Origin: Octopus bimaculoides
Lineage: Eukaryota
DNA: 63,268 nucleotides
Direction: 5' to 3'
Assembly: GCF_001194135.2 (NCBI RefSeq)
Contig: NC_068988.1
Coordinates: 52,193,512 to 52,256,779 of the forward strand
In this document: positions 10,720-22,700 of the stretch, piece after piece
Layout: each line of letters opens with the position of its first letter
Numbering within the stretch: position 1 is the first letter of the stretch
The notes under the pieces: generated by a model
Database searches by the model: none
What the model was told of the DNA's origin: nothing
What the model saw: the letters and a program-made list of their open reading frames with translations, nothing else
Made by a program: the position numbers and the translations under genes

Positions 10720-13700
10720 TTATTTCCAAAAATATTTTTGGATTCCTATGTTTTTGATGTAGGAGATTATGATTTTGCCAAAAAAAAACACATTTTCAAA
10801 ATCTATTTTCCCCTTCTCTACCCCAATTATTTATTTTTTTTTTAATCAGTGTAGAAAAATACAGAGATCACACATACACACTGGGTAAAACACAGATTAT
10901 GTTATTTCTTGCTATTTGCATGCACAAAATTACAGCTCAACTCCAATTAAAACAAACTTTTTTTTTATTTACGTATTTAAAAATCTGATCTTCAATGTGA
11001 ACTCAGAATGAACTTTTTTCAGAAATTATGTCATTTAGCTGTTATTTCTAGAATGTCGGGTTTTTTCTGGTAATGATTTGATATTTTTTCATCCATTGTT
11101 GTAGTAGAAATCTACACATGTGTAAAACATGAAATTGTTAGCTTTTTGGAAGGCGGGAGGGAAATTGAGTGTTTTTTTAAGAGAAATTGGAATTTAATAA
11201 AAGAATTTCTTTTGCAATTTGTGCCGCTGGACTGGCTCCTGTGCAGGTGGCACGTAAAAAACACCATTTTGAGCGTGGCCATTGCCAGTACCACCTGACT
11301 GGCCCTCATGCCGGTGGTACATAAAGGCACCCACTACACTCTCGGAGTGGTTGGCGTTAGGAAGGGCATCCAGCTGTAGAAACTCTGCCAAATCAGATTG
11401 GAGCCTGGTGAAGCCATCCGGTTCACCAGTCTTCAGTCAAATCGTCCAACCCATGCTAGCATGGAAAGCAGACGTTAAACGACGACAATGATGATGATGG
11501 TGATTTAGATACTAAATCATCATCATCATTGTTTAATATCTGCTTTCCATGCTAGCATGGGTTGGACACTGACTGAGGACTGGAGCCTGGTGCAACCTTC
11601 TGGCTTGCCAGTCCTCAGTCAAATTGTCCAACCCATGCTAACATGGAAAGCAGATGTTAAACGATGATGATGATGATTTAGTATAATAAATTATAGATCA
11701 ACATACTAAAAACATCCACTTGTGACCATCATAGTCTGGTTGTCCAGCATCCTCACGACACCCACTTGTGACTATAATGGTCTGGTAGCAACATCTTTAT
11801 GACATCCACTTGTGACCGTCATAGTCTGGTTGTCCAACATCCTCATGACACCCACTTGTGACTATAATGGTCTGGTAGCAACATCTTTATGACATCCACT
11901 AGTGACTATCATTGTCTGGTAGGCCAACATCCTAATGATGTCCACTTGTGACTATCATAGCCTGTATGTCAACATCCTTATGATACCTAGTTGTAACAAT
12001 CATTGTCTGGAAGGTTGACATCCTAATGACATCTGTTTAAAACTAGTCAGATAGGTCAATGTTTTTAATAACTAACGACAGGTACTCGTGACTATCATAG
12101 TCTGATGTTTCAGTATCCTAGCAACATTTCACCTATGACTGTCATGACCTGGAGAAACACATTAAAAGCAAAACTTAAGAAATGCTTTCAATAACCTGGA
12201 TAATTTATCTTCTCAGTAACTCCTGAATTATTTTAGATAACACATGTTCTACTTTAAATAGCATATTTTTGGTAAAGCATGTTCCAAATAATACAGATCT
12301 ACATTTAAGAGATGAATTATGTACATTATTTACATTTGACTGATTTTTGTCCTCATCTTGTTTGTTGTTAACATAACGTTTCAGCTGATATACCCTCCAG
12401 CCTCCATGAGGTGTCTTGGGAAAATTTCAAACCTGGGTTCTCATTCCTAAGGTATTTTTCGCACGCTTCTGTATCGGTGGCACGTAAAAAGCACCATTTG
12501 AGTGCGATCGTTTCCAGCTTCGCCTTACTGGCACTCATGCCGGTGGCATGTGAACAAAACATTGAACTGACTCCTGTGCAGGTGGCACGTAAAAAACACC
12601 ATTTGAGCGTGGCCATTGCCAATACTGCCGGACTGGCCCTCATGCTGGTGGCACGTTAAAAGCACCCACTACACTCTCAGAGTGGTTGGCATTAGGAAGG
12701 GCATCCAGCTGTAGAAACTCTGCCANNNNNNNNNNNNNNNNNNNNNNNNNNNNNNNNNNNNNNNNNNNNNNNNNNNNNNNNNNNNNNNNNNNNNNNNNNN
12801 NNNNNNNNNNNNNNNNNNNNNNNNNNNNNNNNNNNNNNNNNNNNNNNNNNNNNNNNNNNNNNNNNNNNNNNNNNNNNNNNNNNNNNNNNNNNNNNNNNNN
12901 NNNNNNNNNNNNNNNNNNNNNNNNNNNNNNNNNNNNNNNNNNNNNNNNNNNNNNNNNNNNNNNNNNNNNNNNNNNNNNNNNNNNNNNNNNNNNNNNNNNN
13001 NNNNNNNNNNNNNNNNNNNNATATGCCCGTGGGCGTAGTGGTTAAGAGCATGGGCTACTAACCCCAAGATTCCGAGTTCGATTCCAAGCAGTGACCTGAA
13101 TAATAATAATAATAATAATATCGAAAAATACCTTAGGAAAGAGAACCCAGGTTCAAAATTTCCCCAAGACACCTAATGAAGGCTGGAGGATCAGCTGAAA
13201 CGTTGTGTTAACAACAAACAAGATGAGGACAAATATCCGTCAAATGTAAATAATGTATATTCCAGATAACTTGTAATTTTATATTACTCTTATTCTAGAT
13301 AATTTCTGATGTATTTTGATAAACTGCTAATATGCTAATTTGTTTAGTAATAACATTTCTTGTGTTTTTAACTCTTCCAGCTAACAAGGAAGATAATATT
13401 GATGCAGAAATACTTGCAGCTGCTACACAGGCTTATGTTGCTGATTCTGATGATGATGGCAAGTGTTCCTTCTGTGTCGTGTATTGTGTGGCATGCAGCT
13501 CTCTTCGTCAATTTATCTAAAAATAGATTCTTCATTTAAAATTTTAAAAAAAATGAAAACAAATGATAGTAGACACAGAGGTGGCTGAGTGGTTAAGAAG
13601 CCTGCTATGTAACTACATGTTTTCAGGTTCAATCCCACTACATGGTACTTTGAGCAGATGTCTTCTGATATAGGCCCTGGCGAACCTATGCCTTGTGAGT

Positions 13701-16700
13701 GAGTTTGGTAGAAAACTATCAAATATGTATGTTCGTGTGTTTCCTACTTCTACTTAGCAACCATTGTCAGTTTGTTGGTATTCCTCTAACACAGTGGTTC
13801 AACAAAAGAGACTGATAGAATACGTACCAGATATAGAAAGAAAAAAAATGTTTGGGGTCAGTTAGACTAAATCTTTCAAAGTGGTGCTCCAGCTTGGTCG
13901 CAGTCCAGTGACTGAAACAAATAAAAGATGATTATTATAATCTTCCTCACTATTATGTTTATGCATGTACTGACAAGAGGGCAACGTACATATAGCAGCT
14001 AAATCTCCTTCAAATCACATCCTACTGTCTTAAAAAGACAAAAACTAGGTTTGTGAAATGAAATGTAAGTCTACTTGATCAGGGCTGGCCTGGATCCTAA
14101 CAACAACAATTATATTTATATTGGTTTCAAATTTTGGGACAAAGCCAACAATTTCAGGTGAGCAGGTAAGTCAATTACATTGACCCCAGTGCATTGACTT
14201 ATTTTATCGACCTTGAAGGGATGAAAGGCAAAGTAGACCTTGGTGGAATTTGAACTCAAAACGTAAAGATGGACAAAATGCCACTTAGCATTTTTTCCAG
14301 CACTGTGATGATTCTGCCAGCTTGCTACTTTACCAATAATCTTTATATTAACTACTATTTAGTCACAGGTGTGGCTGTGAAGTCTAGAGTTCACCATGTA
14401 ACACCTTGAGCAATGGTCAGGTACTCTAGCCCCAGACTGATGAAAGCCTTGTGGATTTTGTAGTGGGAAACTGGGAGAAGCTTGTCATATATGCATGTAT
14501 CTATATATTTGTGTGTGTATACCATTGTCTTGACATCGCATGCTGGTCATAAACATGCCTCACTGACATGCGATGCTGTTCATTTCCTGTCTTCCATGAA
14601 AAATATGTCTGGCTATGGGGAAATATTTCTTTGCTTAGAAATGGGTGAGTGTTGGTGGCAGGAATTGCATCCTGTCATAGAAAATATGCCTCAACAAATT
14701 TCTTCTGACCCATGCAAGCATGGAAAAGTGGACATTAAATAATGATTTGTGTATTATAGCGTTTCCTTGCTGCTGGAATTTTACCTCTCTTAATCTCCTG
14801 TTAATGAGGTTTTTTATCACACTCCTTCAAGCTCTCTGGATTTATTTACTGTTTGCTAATGGGTTTAAGGGTTTTTCACCACATCTCTTGTTTTAAGAAA
14901 TGAAATCTTCATTTGTTATTTTGTCACGTATGAGTTTCAAAGAAATTTTCTGTTTGAGAAGAATTGCTATTTGCTCTCTCTCATTGTGTGGTTAGCTTGG
15001 CTGGAGGAAGACAGTAAATATAAACTTCCTCTACATCACTGACACAAGTACCATTACTACCACAACTGCCACCGTCAACAGTTTCACATATCACAACTAC
15101 CACCACCACCACCAATACCATCACCATCATCACAATCATTGTCAACAGTTTCATAATTAGTGTCTAACATTTCATAAACCTCATTATCATTATTGTTAGT
15201 AGAAGCTTTGTGTTGTTATATCTAGTCGTGATTCAACTACTGAATACTCTTCCTATTACTGTTTTCTGTGGTATAGTGCATGATTATTTGCTGATAATTC
15301 TCTGTAAGAACTTTGAAATACAAGTGCAGGTGTGACTGGTAAGAAGTTTGCTTCCCAACCACATGGTTCTGGGATCAGTCTTCAGGCAAGTGTCTTCTAC
15401 TGTTGCCATGGGCTGATCAAAGCCTTGTGAGTGGATTTGACAGATGAAAACAGAAAGAAGCCTGTCATGTGTGCGTGTGTGGCAGCCTTTGTGTCTTCCC
15501 CCACCATTTGACAACTGGCGTTGGTTTGTTTACATCCCTGTAAATTAGCACTTCAGCAAAAGCGTCTGATATAATAAGTACTGGAGTTGATACGTTCAAC
15601 TACAAAAACCCTTCTGGATGGTGTCACAGCATGGCCACAGTCTAATGTTTGTAACATATAAAAAGATAAAAGATATCTCATAGACAAAGCAGAGTGCTGT
15701 GGAGCTGAAGGTAAGCTCTCAGTAACCTGAGCCAACAGCTTTGTTTCAATTCTTAGTTGCAGTTGTTTCATTTTACTGATGTTACCAATGCTCTTTAGGC
15801 TAAGTTGTGTGTCTATTACACATGAAATTGAGTTTGGCACATTGCAAACTAACAAATTCTTTGTTGTTTCCTCAAGTACTGCAGCAATTATTTTGGCCAC
15901 AGGCTCAATAAGGGTAAAGACCCTCTTTGGTCATGAATGACCATGGGACCCTCTGAGTCACAAGACCAGCAGTTGCCCGTGCATACCAGCCTCCCTTCTC
16001 TATGCCACCCATGTTTTCCAAGGGAAAAGCAAAGGCCAATAAATCTTGGCACTAGTGACACTGCAACTCATTTCTACAGCTGAGTGAACTGGAGCAATGT
16101 GAAATAAAGTGTTTTGCTCAAGAACACAACACACAGCCTGGTTCGGGGATCAAACACACTACCTCATGATTGAGAACCCGACACTATAACCACTGAGCAA
16201 TTTGCCTTCATAGGCTCAGTACAGTATCAATAATAGGATATAAACAGCTAACCACACGGTTGTTCCTTATTTAGCCTTCATGCTGGCAGACAGCTTACCA
16301 TTCGGTTTATTCATTACTTATCCATCATGCTAGCTTCAAATTGGCTTCATGTTGGTTTCAAATTTTGGCACAAGGCCAGTAATTTGGGGGGAGGGTGTGA
16401 GTTGATTGCATCGACCCCAGTGCTCAACTGGTACTTACTTTACCGATTCTGAAAGGATGAAAGGTAAAGTCAACCTCGGCTGAATTTTTGAACTCAGAAT
16501 GTAAAGATGGGTGAAGTGATACTAAGCATTTTGCCCGGCATGCTAATGATTCTGCCAGCTCACTGCCTTGTGATAGCCAATAATCTTGATGGATTTAGCC
16601 TATATCATTATACTTCCATCTTGCTCAGATGTTTGTTGTAAGTTTTTATGTATTTATATATATATACATATAATTACAGAATCTAAATCAGAAGTGTATG

Positions 16701-19700
16701 ATACTGAAAACCCCATTGCAATTGTTGCTGATACGCAGTCACCCAAAGAGGTGAGTCATTCAAATTTTGTTTGATTTAAAAAAAAAATTCTTTTTAATGC
16801 TATGAACATTTGTTGTACCATGTTGTTATAGTAGGTTGGTTACATCTGAAAATTTTAACTCACTCTTGCTACTTGGAATTGTATCATATTTAAGTTTCCT
16901 CATTGAATCTTTTGTTGTGTAGCACTAGTTCCCCCCCTCTCCCCTGCATATGTACACATCATCATCCCTGATTAAAATGCCTATGACACTTAGGTAATCT
17001 TTCAAAGGACTAATTGTGATTTGCAGATCCAGAGCACCAAATACATTAAGCACCCATGAACGCTCAACTTAGTTGCTTGACCTGCTAAAGATAACAGCCA
17101 ATCCTCCATTAAATCATACTCTACAATCTTTGAAAGAAGGAATATATTTGATAGTGTAGTCTTAGATACACAGCTGGTGTTAAGTAAAAAGCACCCAATA
17201 CACTCTGTAAAGTGGTTAGTGTTCAGAAGGGCACCCAGCCATAGAGACCATACCCGAACAGACAACAGAACCTAATATGGCTCCTGACCTAACCAGCGCC
17301 TTTCAAACAATCCAACCCATGCCAGTGTGAAAAATGGACATTAAATGATGATGATGTGGTCATGGCAGGAATGCCTTTTATCATCATAATGTTTGCTCAG
17401 TCAGGGTTGAACTGGGGTTAAACAGCTAACATGCAGCTGCTTATTCTAATGAGGTCAGTGTGACAGTGTGGACATATCCTTCACTGTCCAATCAATGCCT
17501 GTTGCTGTTACTTTTGTTGTGACTGGATGTGAACATGGCCAAGTGGTTAAAAAGTTTGCTTTGCAGTCATGAATTCACTGTTTCAATCTGGCTGCATGTC
17601 ATCTTGGACAAATGTATAAAACTGCTAAAACTAAACTAAAGTTGTTTATCAATCACTAGAGCAACTATATGTAAAACTAATAAATGCACAAACAAATGTA
17701 TCTTATGTTTTCTTTGATTATCTCACCTGATATCAGATAACTCATAGCTTTTCAATATTTATATATTCTAGTCTCAGAAATCAAACCATGATAAGCCTGA
17801 AGATTTGCCAAAGGAAACAAATAAACCCAAGCTAAATTCTTCTCGATCTTCTCCATCTCAAAGTGCTTGTGGCGAATCTGAGGGATTTAAAACGAAGTCT
17901 TCATCTGAAATGCCTGTTAATACTAAACCAGAGGAGAAAGTAGATTATGATCTCTTTTTTATGTCCACCTATAAGAACGACATTGAAATATCTGATGAAG
18001 AATTGTCTCCTGCAAGTAAGTCACCCATGAAAGAGCCAGTTACCATCACAGATCAAGGAACTCTTCCTGCAACAGAGGCACCTGTAGACCAGGATCCAAA
18101 TGAATCATTAAGTTCTGCTAACAAATCACCTGAAAGTAAGCTATCATCCACCATTAACAAGTCTACTGTATCTAGTCCTGTTATGGATACTGTTCCTGTG
18201 GGAAGTTTTCAAAAACTTGCATCGCCTGTAGATAAAACCGTCAAGGCACCTTCTAACACAAGCACTCCTATGAAAGAAACTGTGCCTCTGTCGAGCACTT
18301 TGATGGAGACCGTTGAAGTTGTGGAATGTGTAAGTCCAGAAAAACAACCAAAAGTTGCTATGCCATTGGAAACAGTAGCTATTGAAACATTCTCTGAAAC
18401 ATTGCGTGTTCAGGAAGATAAAGTTGATACAAGTTCTCCAGCAAAAAATCGCACAACGATAACCAGTCGAAATTTATCTTTGGTCAGCAGCCCTAAAGCT
18501 CATGCTTTGACTGAATGTAGTGAAAATTTCAGTTTAGATGCAACACAGCCATATGCGTTAGATAGTAGCATTAGTTCACCAAATACTAAGAAGCTGTCAG
18601 CATCTACACCTAAAACTCCTGATAAAACACAGCCTTTACGGCAAAGCTGTGGTCTTGATATAGAAGTAACAAATGACAGTGTTGGTGTTATGAAAGATAG
18701 TACTCCTGTGAAAAATAAACAATCTGAATCACCTGTTCAAACTCCTAAAAGATCAAGGGCGCATAGTATTTCCTCGGATGAAGAATCTTTAACTGATGAA
18801 CCAAACTTTAAAGACAAACCTATCTTGGAAGGTGATAGCAATAACCAGTCAAAGGACCTTCAGGAAAACATCCCCAGTTCTGTTAATACATTGTCTGGGG
18901 ACATTTTTTCCTCTGGTAAATCATCACAGACTACCTCATCTTCTACCCCTGATGTTACTGAGACAAAGTATTCTGGTGAATCAAACGCAGCTTCATTAGT
19001 TCCTGCTGTGGAAGAACAGACAGGTAAGTTTACATCAGTCATAATTGATTTACTATTACACAAGGACAGTAGTAGAAGTGGTGATAATCATGCCGTTCCT
19101 ACTAGGAGTCAGAATTGGCACCTATTTTTTAAAGGGGTGGAGATGGAATAAGTGGATGATATCTTCATGGGGAGATAACTGGGGTACATTTAGCTGTCGC
19201 ATTGAGCAAGTTGAACAACTGTGAAGAATCTCTTTGACTAACTTCTCTCCAACTGTACAGAACAAAAATGGCTGGGTGTGAGATCTGTCAGCAATATGGT
19301 TTCAATCCTTGGTGAACGGTCCAGAGGATTGAACAGGGTGCACAAGTAAGGTCAAGAGAGTACAAATGGAGAGTGATGGATAGATAAGGATAGAGGTGAA
19401 TGCAGTGAATGATGAATGTAAATTCTAAATACAAATAATTTTACTATGTATTTATTTATTTATTTATTCATTACAGATTTAGAGACCAAGGCATCAGAAA
19501 AATCTAATGTAAGTTATTTTGATTCTTCATTATTACATACATCATCATTATTGTATCTTTTACTTGCTGGGGCACTATCTTGAAGAGTTGATTCAAAGAA
19601 ATTGACAAATTGTCCCCTCAGTACTTATTCTATCTGTCTTTTTTGCCAAACCACTAAGTTATGGAGATATAAAGAAACCAACATTGATTGTAAAGCAGTA

Positions 19701-22700
19701 GGTGGACACACACACACACACACACGAGGAGTTTCCACACAGCTTCTGTCCACTGAACTCAATGGTCATCCTGGGGCTAGAGTTGAAGACACTTGCCCAA
19801 AGTGTCCTATAATGGGACTGAACATGAAACAACATTTTTTTTTCTTTTGTTTGGACACTGACATGGATAAGGCAGGTCTTCACCAACACAACAATCTTGT
19901 TGCTAACTTTTAGCAGATCAAGCAATCGTGTAAGGGAGGCCTTCCCCTGTTGAGTCTCAGTATTCTTGCTTGCTGTATTATCCTAGATATATTGTGCTCA
20001 AACAAGACTGCGATTAAAAGCATTCCAGTTGTGACAATCCAGTTGTTTTGTGCCTCAGGAACTATGTTGTTAATATTTAAGATGGTAAATAAATATTGAT
20101 TTCAAAGTTTGGCACATGGTCAACGATTTAGGGGGAGAGGGTAAGTCAATTACATTGACCCCAGAACACAACTGGTTCTTATTTTATTGACCCTGAAAGG
20201 ATGAAAGGCAAAGTCAACCTCAGTGGAATTTGAATTCAGAGTGTGAAAACGGACAAAATGTCTCTAAGCATTTTGCCAGGTGTGCTAATGATTCTACCAG
20301 CTTGTTGCCAATGGTAAATAAATACTAACAACATGATCCTACACCAGCTTCACATAACCAGCCCCTGCCCATCCAAAGTACCTTGGATTGTAGGGCGACC
20401 TGCTGTGCTTGAGGAGACCTATTGAATCAAGTACATCAGCATCAAAATAAAAATCAAATGGAAATTGTAGTTGTGATACCTGTGCCGGTGGCACGTAAAA
20501 TGCACCATCTGAATGTGGCCGATGCCAGCGCCACCTTGACTGGCTTCCATGCCGGTGGCACATAAAAAGCACCAACTGATCGTGGCTGTTGCCAGCCTCC
20601 TCTGACCCCTGTGCCAGTGGCTCGTAAAAAACACCCTCTACACTCACGGAGTGGTTGGCATTAGGAAGGGCATCCAGCTGTAGAAACACTGCCAGATCAG
20701 ACTGGAGCCTGGTGCAGCCTCCTGGCTTCCCAGATCCCGGTCAAACTGTCCAACCCATGCTAGCATGGAAAACGAATATTAAACGATGACGATTCCTGGA
20801 GTGCAAAAAATAAAAAAAAACAACTGGATTGTCATAAGTGGATTACTATTCTTTTTTTTTTTTGCAACTCAGGAATTATGTCATTAATATTCAAGATGGT
20901 AAAGGCAGTGAGCTATCAGAATTGTTAGCATGCCAGAAAAATGCTTGGCAGCACTTCATCTGCCTTTACATTCTGAGTTTAAATGCTACTGGGGTCAGTA
21001 AAGTAAGTACCAGCTGAACACTGGGGTCAATATAATCAACTTATTCCCGCCCTCAAAATTTCTAGCCTTGTGCCAAAGTTTGAAATCAGTATTTAAGATG
21101 GTAGAGTGTAATTTGTGTGATTTGTCTGTTATTTTCAGAAAGTTGGCCAATTTTGTGTTAGATCCCCCTGAACAAATTTGTTTGCCAATGACATGCACAC
21201 ACTCTCTCACTCTCTCTCCGTCTCACATACACACGCTCTCTCTCTCTCTTCCTTTTGTTTAATGTGGTAGAAGGAATATGTTTGTTCGTTACTTCAGTGA
21301 GGTAGTTGCTGTTTGGAGCAGTTATTTTCAGTTAAACGTAAACATATGAAAACATTAAAATCATTATTATTAAGCTGTGGATTGGCCAGATTATTAGAGC
21401 AATAGGCAAAATGCATTGCAGTATTTGATTATGACCTGTTATGTTCACAGTTCAAATCCACTGAGGGTAGATTTATTTTTCATCTTCCCAGGGTCAATTA
21501 CAATCAACTGCTTCTCCCAGATTTCTGGCCTTCTCTCTTATGTTAGAAACTATAATTTTTGTGCCATCAAAGACTGGGATTTGGAATTTGCTTGTGTCAA
21601 ATTCCTCTAATATTCATTAATACTCTTTCAGGTCTGAGACGTTGTGGCAGAGTTGTGTTGGCATTGCTGATTCAGTGCCACCTTATTCAGTATTAAATGT
21701 TTTAATGTTTCTTTTGTTCTCTTTTTCTCTGTCTGTCTGTCTCTCTCCCCCCTCTCTCTCTATCTATCTATCTATATGTGTGTGTGTGCAAGCATCTAGT
21801 TATGTTTGTATGTATGTGTAGTGTCTCTCATTCTCTCTCTCCCTCTTTTTACACATTGTGTATATTTCTGCCTGCATGCGTATGTGTTTGCCTCCAATAC
21901 CAAAACATACTGTTGCCCAAAACAGATTGAATGTCCAATCAGTCTCACCAGATCATCAGCGTTGAAATAGATACACCTAATTGTCTCATTCTGATATCTT
22001 CCTTTAACTCCAGATAGCTTTTTGGGGTAAAAAGCAGTGTTCTTTTCTTAATGCCAGAGTATGAAAATGTTGCATGTGAGAGGTTTATATTTTTAATTTC
22101 CCATATGTAAATTGCTCAGCATTATCATATTTAGGATATTGTGATTTTAACAAGACTTGTCTCAAATATGATCTTCATCATTGAATTGTCTTTGCAGATC
22201 ATTAATCTCTCTTCATGAATTTCAGGTGATAGTTGTCAGTACAAGCAAAGCTACTGATGAGGAACTTCCTGTTGAATTAGAAGATAATGAAACCATTTCT
22301 GACATTGAGGAAGATATTAAGAGATCTAAAAGACTTAAAAAGGATGCTACTTCCACTCCAGTCTCACAAGAGGGTAAAAGACTTCTTAGAAATACGAGAA
22401 AAAATACTAAATCTACAGACACACCCTCAGAACTTATAGAAATTCCTGAACTACAAAGTGGAGGAAAACGGTCACTGAGAAATCATCCAGAAACTAGTGA
22501 TTCCCATTCTAAGGATAAGAAATCAAAAGTCAGGAAATCGATCAGATTTGATCTTCCTGATGAGGAAAGCAGTTCAGAGGAGGAGAATTATTTAGACAAG
22601 AACGTGAAACGGTCATCAAATAGATCTAAGAAAAGTTCTGCAGACATTAAAGATGACAAAGCTAATAAAAAGTTGTCTAAAGGATCGGATTCAAAATTAG

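Noticed and set aside
13021-13100. tRNA-like sequences with A/B boxes (also heads of families B, C and D)
   Set aside because: No complete cloverleaf or acceptor stem; they are SINE heads fused to repeat bodies
12669-13172. Long ORFs spanning N runs (also near 5070-5438, 24439-24821, 28365-28766, 40193-40837, 43017-43631)
   Set aside because: Length is an artefact of assembly gaps translated as X
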